This document shows, piece after piece, positions 28,801 to 42,467 of a DNA stretch of 64,000 bases. Both the position numbers and the translations under genes were made by a program. This DNA comes from Octopus vulgaris. Lineage: Eukaryota. Each line of letters opens with the position of its first letter. Position 1 is the first letter of the stretch. The stretch is from positions 72,168,001 to 72,232,000 of the forward strand of contig OX597815.1 in NCBI GenBank assembly GCA_951406725.2, in the 5' to 3' direction. The notes below the pieces were generated by a model. That model was not told the DNA's origin. It saw only the letters and a program-made list of their open reading frames with translations, and made no database searches.

Positions 28801-28918
28801 GCGTATATATAGCGGCATTTTAAAACTCGTTTATATGACAAATAATGATCACAGAACAGCTTCATATTCCGTTCATACGGGCATAAAAACAAGAGCAGCC
28901 ACACGCACGCACACACAG

Positions 28919-28952
<34 letters not shown>

Positions 28953-28989
28953 GTGTGTTTGTGTGTGTGTATGTATATATATATATATA

Positions 28990-29187
28990 CCAGAGTAAGC
29001 ACATAAATGTGAAACAAGGTGGGAGAAAAATAGTACTCGAATACCGGAGGCAGAGTCATATACTTTATTATTAAAGCTGCAAAATATTACAAAAAACTGT
29101 TACTCAAACTTTCACGCTCGTCGGACAGTTTTGGTTAACAGATTCTCAGCCCCAAACTGTCCAACATGAAACTGACTAACACTTTTT
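28990..29187 (-). mobile_element. HHR family H4 repeat plus short inverted decayed copy (29154-29187)
   Basis: Homologous to 10606-10721; abuts (TA)n. Confidence 0.7.
29093..29132 (-). ncRNA. Type-I hammerhead motif, U4C core, helix II collapsed
   Basis: AAAACTGT-CCGACGA-GCGT-GAAA-GTTTGAG-TA-ACAGTTTT; perfect 8-bp helix I. Confidence 0.6.
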
Positions 29188-29199
29188 TTGTGATATACT

Positions 29200-29427
29200 C
29201 TATTACTCTTTTACTCTTTTACTTGTTTCAGTCATTTGACTGCGGCCATGCTGGAGCACCGCCTTTAATCGAGCAACTCGACCCCAGGACTTATTCTTTT
29301 GTAAGCCCAGTACTTATTCTATCGGTCTCTTTTGCCGAACTGCTAGGTAACGGAGACATAAACACACCAGCATCAGTTGTCAAGCAATGCTAGGGGGACA
29401 AACACAGACACACAAACACACACACGC

Positions 29428-29458
<31 letters not shown>

Positions 29459-29627
29459 TACGACGGGCTTCTTTCAGTTTCCGTCTACCAAATCCACTCA
29501 CAAGGCTTTGGTCGGCCCGAGGCTATAGTAGAAGACACTTGCCAAGGTGCCACGCAGTGGGACTGAACCCGGAACCATGTGGTTGGTAAACTAGCTCCTT
29601 ACCATACAGCCATTCCTGCGCCTTGCG

Positions 29628-29630
<3 letters not shown>
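29200..29630 (-). mobile_element. SINE family A, full-length and well preserved
   Basis: Head AGGCGCAAGGCGCAGGAATGGCTGTATGG..GGGTTCAGTCCC, internal microsatellite, A-rich repeat tail. Confidence 0.9.
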
Positions 29631-29682
<52 letters not shown>

Positions 29683-29999
29683 AAAAAAAAAAAATATACA
29701 TACACAAAGTATGAGGGTTTAGTTCACAGGTAATCTGAACGATTAGGTACACTAGGTAAGTGCTGTAACGGATGACTAGGGCTCCAAGGTTATAGCCGAG
29801 ACGGTAGTCATGGAGCCATTGCAGATTTCCGATATAGCGGATATATAATTGTTAAAGAGAACAACAAACGTTTGTTGTCCTCTTTAACAATTATATATAT
29901 ATAATGGCGGTGCCCCAGCATGGCCACAGCTCATAAGCTGAAACTAGAATCAATCAATCAAAAATCAATCAATCATATACATATACAAACATATTTTTC

Positions 30000-30450
30000 T
30001 TTTCTTTTTCTTTTACTAGTTTCAGTTTTTCACTGTGGCCATGCTGGAGCACCGCCTTTAGTCGAGCAAATCGACCGTAGGACTTATTCTTTGTAAGCCT
30101 AGTATTTATTCTATCGGTCTCTTTTTGCCGAACCGCTAAGTTACGGGGACGTAAACACACCAGCATCGGTTGTCAAGTTGTCAAGCGATGTTGGGGGGAC
30201 AAACACTGACACACAAACATATACACGCGCGCGTGCACGCACACACACACACACATATATATATAAATATACATATATACGACGGGCTCTTTTCAGTTTC
30301 CGTCTACCGAATCCACTCACAAAGGCTTTGGTCGGCCCGAGACTATAGTAGAAAACACTTGCCCAAGGTGCCACGCAGTGGGACTGAACCATGTGGTTGG
30401 TAAGCAAGCTACTTACCACACAGGCACTCCTAAGCCTACACAGCCACTCC
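30000..30450 (-). mobile_element. SINE family A, full-length
   Basis: Closely similar to 29200-29630. Confidence 0.9.
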
Positions 30451-30468
30451 TACGTATACACACACACG

Positions 30469-30534
<66 letters not shown>

Positions 30535-32459
30535 CTTGCACACACACACATGCACTCACACAGAGACACACATACGCACATAATTCAGACAGGTGTTGAT
30601 GTTCTGAATGACGTGCACAAAAAATAATCAGTGATTTGAAATTTCTGTGTGCATGTCTCCTCGGCGGTGCTCCAGCATGGCAGCAGCCGCATGACTGAAA
30701 CGAGTAACATACAAAAAGAGCAAACGTGTGTGTAAATCAATCACCCCCCCCTCTCCCACCAGTGCTCAACTGATACTTATTTAATCGACACCGAAAGGAT
30801 GAAAGGCAAAATCGACCACACCGAAATTCGAGCTCAGCATTTTGCCCCTCGTACTAATGATTCTCCCAGCTCACTGCCTTAATAATAATAATGCTACTTT
30901 GATGACATGCACTGCTCTCTCACTCAATAATGAGGATGATGATGATACTAATAATAGTAATGATAAAAATGATGATGATGATGATGATTTTATTTATTTG
31001 CCAACATGGGCGAAGGAAGACAAAATGCACTTGTCCTTTAGAATAGTAAGTTATTTCTAGAGTTTATTATTACATCTTCAAAATACTCTAATACGTATTC
31101 AAAAATAGGTTATCACATTCAAATTATTTCAAAATACATTATTTCATATTCCAAATTATCACATCATGCCCAAAATACATTACCACAAGCAAATCATTTC
31201 AAGATTACATATTCCAAAGTATATTTTCATATTATGATCTTTTCAGAATGCATTTTAAAGCACTTGAAAGTAACGAATTAAAATAATATATAATATAGTG
31301 TGTCTACTTCCGGTATATACACCATATATTAAATGAAAGCTTGTAGTTAGCGATTACACTCATACCAGTCATGTACTGGGATCGATTCTTCTTCTTCTTC
31401 TTCTTCTTCTTCTTCTTCTTCTTCTTCTTCTTCTTCTTCTTCTTCTTCTTCTTCTTCTTTTTTCTTCTTCTTCTTCTTCTTCTTCTTCTTCTTCTTCTTC
31501 TTCTTCTTCTTCTTCTTCTTCTTCTTCTTCTTCTTCTTCACCTGTTCCTCCTCTCGCTGTCTCGGGAATGGAGAAAGGAAGGAATCGGCTGTGTTCAGGC
31601 CTGGAGAGGGATGAGCTCCCATGTGTTTAAAATGCCCAAGATTTGTCGCATATCTTATCGGTTCCCCCTACGTCTCCATAGGAATTGAGTCACACCACCA
31701 CCACCACCACCACCACCGCTATTCTTCCGCTACTATGTATCATGCGCCAAGCTCAATGATCTAATGTTTCAATATCATTCTAGTCGACAGTGCGAAGTTC
31801 TACAATATTGAAATGGAAAGGTGCCGATTCGTAACTTATTCTCTTCAAGGTTTATGTATGTTTTTAAAAAAAATTTTTATTTTATTATTTTTTAAAACCA
31901 TTCTTCACATGTAGAGCTACTAAATCCGACGTATTTGAACTGATTTTCATTCTGTACATATGCATAAAAATAATCGTTTCGTGTAAAAGAAAAAAATTCT
32001 ATTTCATTTGTTATTTTATGTAAAATAAATATAGCTTGATTGCCTTAGTTTAGAATCACCAATAAATAAATAAATACAATAAAAAAATAAAAAGAAACAA
32101 TCATCAGTTATTAACACTTAATATATATTTTTGACAAGGACAAATGTTATGTGTTGTAAAGTACACATAAGATTTGACTGTGCTGAAGTGAAAAATAATA
32201 ATATATTTATAATTAATAATTAATAATGATTGTCACTTTGTCGTTTATTTGATTGCTAATTTTACCTCGATCAAACACATCAGATATAAATATTTATTTT
32301 CACCAAATGCCATTCCTATATCAGGAGGTAAATCTGGTAATTACTCAAAGATATTCTTTTGATATCAGAATTTAAATATTTTAAAGCTATTATGAGATGG
32401 AAAAAAAAAAAAGAAGAAAAAACATTTGAGCTAATTTGTTTTCTATTTATAGCGGTGTC

Positions 32460-33000
32460 AAAGGCAGCGAGTGGGGCAGAATCGTGACCACGCTGGGCAA
32501 ACCGCATCGAGGTACTTCCTCCGGCTCTTCACGTTCTGAGTTCAAATTCTGCCGAAGTCGACTTTACCCTTTTATCTTTCAAGGGTCAATAAAACAAGTA
32601 CCAATTGAACACTGGAATCGATGTTATCGTCTTACTCCTTTCCCTCGAAATTTCTGGTCTTGTATCAAAATCAAAGAATTTATAGCAGTGTCAATCCTAA
32701 AATGTATATCATTGTAGTTGTAGCTTTTAACTTGACCAGTCATTTTCCGTTCTGAGTTCAAATTCAAATCACGCCTATGTCGATTTTGTATTTCATCTTG
32801 TCGAGATCGATTAAACAAATACCAGTTGAACACTGGAGTTGATGTGTAATCGACTTACCCTCTCCCATAAAATTGCTGGCCTTGTGTCAAAACTTGAAAC
32901 CATTGTTGTTGTAGCTTTGAACTTAACCAGTCCTTTTACGTTTTGAGTCAAAATCCTGCCAATATTAATTTTGCTTTTCATCCTTTCGGGTGTCGATAAA
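32460..33000 (+). mobile_element. Three tandem decayed SINE family B units
   Basis: Repeated CGTT(C/T)TGAGT..TTTCATC..GTCGATAAA blocks. Confidence 0.7.
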
Positions 33001-33005
33001 ATATA

Positions 33006-33440
33006 TAGGATGGCCCAAAAGTCACTGAGATGGGCGGTGGTGGTGGTGGGGTTTTGCAATCTTTGATAATTGTTTTATTTTTTGACATTTTTTTTTCTTT
33101 GCAAGGATTTTATGGACGAGGTCCAGGGAATTAATTATGGAAAAATATGGCACCGCACAACGCACTCAAGTGGTGTTCTATCAAAATCAGGGGTCAATTA
33201 TGCAAACCCAGAGAGCACTAAAGAGAATTGCACCCCATAAAGTGTACAGAATGGTGTGTAATTACGGTGGATGAGATAATCGGGCCTTATTTCTTTGAGG
33301 ACGATGATGGGAATGCTGTCACTGTGACTGGTGAGCAGTACAGGTCCATTGAAAATAGGCCCGATAGGTGGTTTGGGCAAGAAAGACAATACAGTTGCTG
33401 AAGCAATATTTTGGAGAAAGAATCATTTCCTGTTATTGCG
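33006..33440 (+). mobile_element. Internally deleted Tc1/mariner relic (rosa/maT-like)
   Basis: TIR-like TAGGATGGCCCAAAAGTC after TA; peptides MEKYGTAQRTQVV and LHPIKCTEWCVITVDEIIGPYFFEDDDGNAVTVTGEQY. Confidence 0.7.
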
Positions 33441-33696
33441 ATGTCAAGAAAGGGGGGTTATGAAGAGAGCGAGAGGGATGAGAGCGAGAGAACAAGAGAT
33501 ATATTAAAACGTCTGATGTCAAATAATTCAGCATCGAATCAGCAACGCCAAATAAAAGCGGCGCCAAAAAGGCAGTGCTAAAACCTCTCACAACTTACAT
33601 ACTTCTCCATTCGAAATCGCATCAACACACTACTGCTGCTGCTGCTGCTGCTGCTGCTACCACCACCACCACCACAACCACAACCACCACAACCAT

Positions 33697-33751
<55 letters not shown>

Positions 33752-34381
33752 GAATATCTACCTTTAAGCCATGAAGTACTTTTCTTGGGGATATGACGGA
33801 GCACCCAACAAGGAAGCATCTAGTAACAGCAGTCAAATCTCCCCCACGTCCTGGTTGGCAGGGAACTGAAGGCTACATTAGATTATATATTCTTAATAAA
33901 GCTTGATGACCATAGCTGGATCATCAGTTGTCTCCACTCTTCTACTGATACTACCAGCACCAGCACCACCACCACCACCAGCACCAGCACCACCACTACT
34001 ACTACAACTACAGCTACGTCTTTCATCACTAAACCATAACCTTTACCAAAGCAACGCCATCACCATCACCATCTTGACTACATTCTCTACTCATCAATGC
34101 CCCTCCCCTTCGCCTCTTCTTTGCACTATAACAGTCATCACCACCTACACCGACAGCATCACAACCGCCACCTAGACTGATATGTTCAGTGGACAGTTAC
34201 AGTAAAACGCGTTTAAACGGCGTGATCTTCGAAGCATGAGCAAGTATGAAAACAGCTTGATAGAATTATATATATATATGTTTGCGTGCATGTGTGTGTA
34301 CTACACACACACGTCCACAAACATACACGCACACATATATATACCTATGTATCTATATATGTATATGCATATATATACGTA

Positions 34382-34429
<48 letters not shown>

Positions 34430-34605
34430 TGCGTGTAAGTGTAAATATGTATGTATTATGTACGTATGTGAGTTGATGTATAAACAGATAAACATGTTGA
34501 CAGAAACAGAAACATAGATGTGTGTATGTATATATATGTGTGTGTGTGTGTATTTCTGTGCAGATAGATGAATGTATGTTTATATATATATATATATATA
34601 CATAC

Positions 34606-34662
<57 letters not shown>

Positions 34663-34958
34663 TGGGAGAGAGTTTGGGAAATAAAATTGACAAGGATAAC
34701 TGTGGTGTATTATAGAAAATATTGCAAACATTAATACAGACAAAGAGATTTGCAAGAAATTGAAATAACAGACGGACAGACGTATATAAGTCTGATCCCT
34801 TTGTCAGTTGGCAATCGCAAATTATAACAATTTTGACACCCAAGACAAATCTGATCACTCTAACGGTGCTCACAACTTATGTGCACAAAACAGAGAGAAG
34901 GAAAAAATAAGTGCACATTGGCATATTTAGGACGGATATAGATAATTGTGAGGTTTTT

Positions 34959-34997
<39 letters not shown>

Positions 34998-34999
<2 letters not shown>

Positions 35000-35174
35000 A
35001 GATACATATGGTTAAGAAGCTCGCTTTTGCAACTACGTGGTTTTAGGTTCAGTCCAACTCCGTGACACTCTGGATAAGTGTCTACTACTATAGCCCCGGG
35101 CCGACCAATACCGTGTTAGTGGATTTGGTAAACGGAGATTGTATGAAGGCCTTTGGTGTGTATATATATGTAAG

Positions 35175-35208
<34 letters not shown>

Positions 35209-35465
35209 AGCGTGCGTGTGTGTGTGTATGTGTGTGTACGTGTATGCGCGCGTGCACGTGAGCGTATGCTTGTGTCTGTTTTTGTCACTCCCACTGCTTG
35301 ACAACCAGTGTCGGTTTGCTTCTGTCCCCATAACGTAGCAGTTCAGCAAAAGAGACTGATAGTATATGTACCAGATTTTAAACAAACAAAAAATTATAAG
35401 TACGGGGGCGATTTGTTCGACTAAAACCCTTCGAAGTGGTGCCCCAGCATGATCGCAGTCCAATG
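34998..35465 (+). mobile_element. SINE family A (older copy)
   Basis: Family A in plus orientation. Confidence 0.8.
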
Positions 35466-35668
35466 TATAAATCGCTCTTTAATGTGTGTGCGTGTGCATG
35501 TGCGCATGCGTGTCTGGACGAGCGCGTGTATGTCTAAATATATTTCCTCGATATAAAATGATCTTTTTGTATTTTTGTCCCTTTTTAGTCGATTTATATA
35601 TCAGCCCCATATGTGATGTCAACAACTGCTATAGTTCGTGTGGTTAAACTTGTAACCGTTTATAGTTC

Positions 35669-35720
35669 AACAGCTGCTGATGAGGCAAGTAGTATCCGAA
35701 ACATCTAGATGTCCCGTGTT
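35669..35720 (+). ncRNA. Type-I hammerhead motif with canonical core and GUC site
   Basis: AACAGCTG-CTGATGA-GG caagtagtat CC-GAAA-CATC TA GATG-TC-CCGTGTT; helix III is the 12-nt palindrome ACATCTAGATGT; helix I imperfect. Confidence 0.7.
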
Positions 35721-35851
35721 TTATTTGTGTTAAGACACCTTCCTTCGCTCTACATCACAGCAGCAGCTGCAGTAGCAGTAGCCGTAGTAGTAGTAGTAGT
35801 AGTAGTAGTAGTTGTTGTAGTGGTGTTGGAGTTGATGGTGGTTGTTGCGGT

Positions 35852-35897
<46 letters not shown>

Positions 35898-35928
35898 CAG
35901 CAGCAGCAGCAGCAGTAGTAGTAGCAGC

Positions 35929-35969
<41 letters not shown>

Positions 35970-36839
35970 GTTTAGTAATAGCAAGTCCTCCTCTTGTTTT
36001 ATGATAGTGGCAGGGGGTGGACAGTATGATACGAGGGAGAGTGAGCTGTTAATTCTAGCAAATCGAGCGACTGCAGAGAGAAAGAAATAGGAGAGAGGAA
36101 GAGAGGAGTTGTGAAAGAGAGGAGGGAAAGAGAGATACAGAGAGAGGGAAATAGGGTTAGAAAGAAATAGAAGAGAAAGGATGAGAAAGTGAGAGAGAGA
36201 GAGATTGGAGGAGAGAGAGAAAGCGAGTAAAAGAGAGAGGTGGAGAGAGGAGAGAAAGACAAAGAGGCGGAGACAGAGAGGTCGGCTTCCCTCGTTAACG
36301 TGCAAAAACTATTATTTTTCTTGTATGTTAGAAAGCAGAAGAAAGAATAAGTTCAATCAGTTTATATTAGACATGTCGTCGACATTTTGGCAGCCATTAC
36401 AGTCGGCATCGACGAAAATAAATTAAACGAGTTGATTCAGTGCAGGAATCCGAGAATTATTCTTTGGAAAGTTCCCAGGTAAGCGACATACACATACAAT
36501 CCGCATACACACACACCCATATACACTACAACAGAACTGTGCATCTACTTATAGTTTACTATGTATATATATACGCTTAGGTGCATATTTGCATACACAC
36601 ACATATCTATACATACGTATTTGCGTATACGCAAAGATAGATACATGCATACAAACTATTTTATTTATTGTATATAAAATTGTACACGCTACAACAGAAT
36701 TGTGCATATGCTTATAGCTTTGTATATATGCATAAATGTATGTATGTGCATATATGTAAACATACATACTTGCACATATGCAAACATATCTATGTGTCAG
36801 TATGCGAGCGTATATCACACGCGCACACGCACGCACGCA

Positions 36840-36909
<70 letters not shown>

Positions 36910-37254
36910 TAACTACATGCATAAACAATTTCATTTACCATATATACTTTTATGTATTGTGTCTACTTATAGTTTTTGCTAATATACATGCATACATAGA
37001 TACTCGTTATTGTGTGTATGTATCTACATACATTTTATGCATAAATAAAACCGTGGATTGGCACAGTGTCAAACAAGGTGACTTCTAATATTGGTTCAGG
37101 TTATTTACATTCTGAGTTCAATTCCCACGGAGGTCAACAGTACCTTTCATCTTTTCCCGGTCGATAAAATAAAGTATCGGTTATGCACTGAGATCTGTTA
37201 ATATACCTATCCCTCAGATTGCTAGCCTTATGCATAGGAAAGAAATTACGCACG

Positions 37255-37358
<104 letters not shown>

Positions 37359-37838
37359 GTTGAGGCGAAGTGGCAAAGATATTTGCGAGAACGAAAATAA
37401 AAATATACACAAGCGCAAACGAATTCTACCCCTCATCAGTTGTCGACCAAATATCATCACAATTTTGATAGACCTACATCAGCTCTCTATACGATGTATC
37501 GCACGAGTTGGAGAATAACTTGATTATATCTCCCTATAATAATACAGGTTTTTGCCGGTCCGAAGACACAACAATACAGGTTTTTGCCGGTCCGAAGACA
37601 CAACTAAAAACAACAGTCGATCTATTCACTAGTATATTAAAAACAAATAAACCATCAAGGTTAACTACTATGTTATCATTTTAATCAAAATCTTTGTATT
37701 TAACTGTATTTAGTTCAGTTATGAGTCCAATGTTATCCACTACGCCTTCTCGCAATGTTTTTCTCGGCATTACAACCACACTTTGGATCACACAACTGGG
37801 AATGGCTCCAGTCTCTAATCAAGTCCTATATTCGAATA

Positions 37839-38585
37839 CGAGGATGGGCTAACATTGAAGGAGTGATGCTGACTATGGCCGACTATAAAGGTGTGATGTT
37901 AGAGCTGACTATGAAGGAGTGATGCTAGAGCTGTGAAATCTTGCATGAATTGATTTCAACTCTGCTTATTAATAACTGCATTGCTTCTTTCCAAGTAAAC
38001 CGATATCTTACTATTCAAGGAACGCTTCAAAAGTAACTAGTAGCGACTTCTCTTGAAAATGGACAAAATTTGGTATGGTGTGTTATCATGTACCTACAGA
38101 AAAAGCTTTTAATCCCCAAGAACATTCATGGTTGCTACATTAGTGGTTGCTACATTCATGGTTGCTGACATGGTTGCTACTTTAGTGGATGACGCGCCAG
38201 CTTTATAAACAGTGCAAAATTGGGCAGCTGAATTTAGGAGTGTAAGAGAAAATCTTGAAGATGATCCAACAGCTGGACGTCCTGCAACTTCCGCAACCGA
38301 GAAAAGCATGTACGGTAATGCATGACTGGCAATTGGCTATAAATCGAATGGTCAACGCTATTGGCATATCTCGTGAGAGATTTGAGAAAATTCTGCACAA
38401 CGAACTTGGCATGACGAAAATTTGTGCTCGGTGGGTATCACATCTTCTGACACCTAATCAAAAGCGCACCAGGTTGATCACATCAGAGGAAAATCTGACA
38501 TTGTTTGAGGCAAATCCAGTTGGTCTCTTTGAACGTTTCCTAATCCGAGTTGAGTGTTGGGTCCATCACCTTGAGCCAGAAGCAA
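37839..38585 (+). mobile_element. Mariner transposon 5' half (pseudogenised transposase)
   Basis: TA+CGAGGATGGGCT end; DMVATLVDDAP..TVQNWAAEF..LEDDPTAGRPAT..ILHNELGMTKICARWVSHLLT..ECWVHHLEPE (WVPHEL-like motif). Confidence 0.85.
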
Positions 38586-38664
38586 ACAGTCCAGTCATTG
38601 AAAGCATTCGTCCTCACCTGCTCTAAAAAACATTGTCATCTGTTAGTATTGACACATCGAGTAG

Positions 38665-39975
38665 ATTTTGGGTGGTGCATCCTAAATCCAGTCATTATTT
38701 TTCTTGTTTTCCTGTCTATTTTGATTAGTTCATTTAGAGTCCGGTTAAGAATATTGTAGCAGTAACTTATAACTGGGACGGCTAGAGTGTTGATACCTAT
38801 TATCTTGTTTTTCGCATTGAGCTCTGTTTTCAGTATTAATCTAACTCATCTATAGTATTCTTTTCTTATCTTCTCTTTCATTTGAGTGTTGTATCGTATC
38901 TAGTTCATTGATTCCCAAATATATGTATGTCTGGCTTTGGTCTAATTCTCTTATTTCATTTGCTTTATCTAGTGTGATGTTGCTACTCTTAACTAGTTTT
39001 TCTCTTTTCAATGTTGCTTTGGCACATTTTTCTAAACCAAATTTCATGTTTATTTCTTTAGTAAATTAATGTGCTGTCTGTAGTAATGTTTCCAGCTGTT
39101 TATCATTTGTAGCGTACAGTTTTAGATCATTCATATATAAGAGGTGGCTGATTGTTTTGCCGAAACAGTTGTATCCACATCCAATTCTGTTTAGCATGTT
39201 AGATAAAGGTGTCAGTTCCAAGCAGAAAAGGAGTGTAGATAATGTGTCTCCCTGAAATATTCCTCTTCTAATGGGAATGGCTTTGGTTTTTATGTGTCCC
39301 TCTATTGTCTGGAGCTGTTTTATATACTTTATGATTATTGGTGCTACCTTGTTCGTGGCTGGTGTTTCTAGGATCCATGTCTGGGGAACAATATCAAAAG
39401 CCTCTCGGTAATTGATCTAGGCCATACTTAGACCCTTCTTCTTTCTGCAGCTGTCTTTAATTGTAGCTTATCTTTACAGCCGTATGAGTCCTTGCACCAT
39501 CCCTTCTGCTCTTCTGGAAACATGTTGTTTTCTTCCAGATGTTTGCTCATTCTCTGCGATATTATTGTAGTAAAGGCTTTGTAAATTGTAGGAAGACAAG
39601 TTAACGGTCTGTAATTCTGTAGGCTTGCCGTTTCAGTGGATTTGGGAATCAGGATAGTTTCCCCTTCCGTGAGCCATTCAGGCATTGTCTCTGGCTCTGC
39701 TGGTATTTCATTAAATTTCTCAGCCAGCTTTGTATGTGTTCTTATTAGATATTTTGACCAGAAGTTGGGGATCTTGTCGTCACCGGGTGCCTTCTAGTTG
39801 CTTAGTTTTTGCAGTGCCTGGGTGACTTCTTCATTTGTTATAGGGGTACATAATTGTTCAGGTGCTGTGTTGGTTGTTTTGATAGATCTTCGCTGAGGTT
39901 ATTCCTTTGCCGACCATATTTCTTTCCAACGATAGATCTTTGCTGAGGTTGTTCCTTCTGATAGATCTTTATCGA
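38665..39975 (-). mobile_element. Dong/R4-clade non-LTR retrotransposon, decayed RT domain
   Basis: WKEIWS..KAPGDDKIPNFW..WLTEGETILIPK..NYRPLTCLPTIYK..EEQKG..RRGIFQGDTLS..SHLLYMNDLKLYA..MKFGLEKCA..DRKTRKIMT..MHHPKS. Confidence 0.85.
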
Positions 39976-40044
39976 GGCTCCTCCTCCTCCTCCCATCCTC
40001 CTCCTCCTCATCACCACCACCACCACCACCACCACCACCACCAC

Positions 40045-40112
<68 letters not shown>

Positions 40113-40114
<2 letters not shown>

Positions 40115-40735
40115 GCCAACAGGTAGCCTATGCAGCCCCTTTTGATCAGAATATTGCCCCAAAAGATGTGGAGAAATTGTCAAAGTACAAAGATCTGGAA
40201 ATTGAAGCATTCAAGATGTGGGGCGTGAAGGTGAAAACAATACCACTATTAACTGAAGCATAAAATATAAGCTATGATCACAACCGTATAAGCTACACCT
40301 GAATCTTCAATACTGTATACTAATCCAAAATATAGCCCTGCTAAGAATAGCCGACATCCAGCGCAAGATACTATCATTTCAATTGTACAACCCAAATAAA
40401 ACAATCTGCGAACATGAGACACAATTCATATAGTAAATATCCAATAAAATACCCCCTCCCCGCAACATATACTCCACAGGTTAGATACCCAACAGAAGAA
40501 CTCAACTCGCATTACACACACAACACACAATACAAACACTAGTACAACAAAGGGCTCAAGCTAAACCCCATAACAAAACAAACTAACGCAAATACAATAC
40601 CGGGAAGAATTTGTACTCATCCAACAAAAAACAAAGCAAAAACAAACAAAAACTATGCTGAATACACCCCAGCAACTCTGAGATGTAGCAGATGATGCAG
40701 TAGAAATTTGCCAGAAACTATCAAATGTCGAATAT
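40113..40735 (+). mobile_element. Dong/R4-type 3' fragment (REL endonuclease tail plus 3' UTR), decayed
   Basis: PFDQNIAPKDVEKLSKYKDLEIEAFKMW..KTIP..IQNIALL; between TTA/TAA tracts. Confidence 0.7.
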
Positions 40736-40755
40736 CATTATTATTATTATTATTA

Positions 40756-40788
<33 letters not shown>

Positions 40789-41083
40789 CTCTTTCTGTAT
40801 TCAATAAGCATTTCTTTATTTATCTGCACATATTTCCATAAATATAGGACGCAGTTCATGCTAGATCAAGTGACACCGATCTATTATTAATACCTTCTAG
40901 TGACAGAGGTCCGATTTTTCCAATAAACATTTGCATAAATCTATTCAAGTACAGAAGCAAACATTCGCTGTTAAATTGGTTATAATGAGGTGTACAGTCA
41001 TGACTCAGTAGAACACATACTTAGATATAGAACTACAATACATATATATACGTACATCCATATACATACATACATACATACAT

Positions 41084-41158
<75 letters not shown>

Positions 41159-41585
41159 AATATATACGTATGATTAAGTAAGTAAAGAGAGAAGGAGAGA
41201 GATAGGTGGATAGATAGAAATAATTGGTGAATGAAAATATATGTAAATAGTGTGATACATACATATATATAAATAAGTAAATACACACACACATATATAC
41301 AAACGTACATATACAAAACGCACATATATATATATATACATACACACATAAATACATATATACACATATATACAAACGCACACAAACATATAATACAGGT
41401 AACAGATTGCTAGCTAAGTGGAAAACAAATGGATGGATAAATAATTAGATGGATTGGATAAATCGATATAAATACACGCTCATCTATAAGTGTTTGTGTG
41501 TGTGTGTTAGTGCAATCATGCATGCATGTGTATGTGTGTGTGAGTGTGTGCGAGTACATATTTATATACATATATATATGTGTAA

Positions 41586-41640
<55 letters not shown>

Positions 41641-41641
41641 C

Positions 41642-41837
41642 TATGCGTATATATGCATGTATGCAAGTAGAAATACAAACACACACACACACGTGTATAT
41701 CTAGATAGAAACGACGTGAGAGAGGAGAGAGAGGGGAGATGATTTACTGTGTTAATTGGCAGTATTATTGACGAAAGACAAGTTAGTGTTTAAATTTACT
41801 ACAAAGTCACCCACAAGAGCAGCATTAATATATATGC

Positions 41838-41887
<50 letters not shown>

Positions 41888-41892
41888 ATCTA

Positions 41893-41958
<66 letters not shown>

Positions 41959-42155
41959 TATATATGCATGTATGCAATAGAAATACAATACAACACACAC
42001 ACACACTGTATATCTAGATAGAAACGACGTGAGAGAGGAGAGAGAGGAAGATGATTTACTGTGTTAATTGGCAGTATTATTGACGAAAGACAAGTTAGTG
42101 TTTAAATTTACTACAAAGTACCCACAAGAGCAGCATTATATATATATGCATTTAT
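41642..42155. repeat. Tandem duplication of about 200 bp separated by (TA)n
   Basis: 41642-41842 versus 41953-42155, nearly identical except single-base indels. Confidence 0.9.
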
Positions 42156-42158
42156 ATA

Positions 42159-42196
<38 letters not shown>

Positions 42197-42205
42197 CATA
42201 TATAC

Positions 42206-42254
<49 letters not shown>

Positions 42255-42285
42255 CATATATAATACATACATATATAGATATGTA

Positions 42286-42343
<58 letters not shown>

Positions 42344-42417
42344 TATATACATATATATAAAAATATATATAAATATACATACATATATATATATGTATAT
42401 ATATTCATATACATACA

Positions 42418-42467
<50 letters not shown>

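Noticed and set aside
37541-37604. Short exact tandem duplications (32 bp here; 17 bp near 25868; 25 bp near 58620) as CRISPR-like repeats
   Set aside because: Two adjacent copies without spacers in eukaryotic DNA; ordinary slippage duplications.
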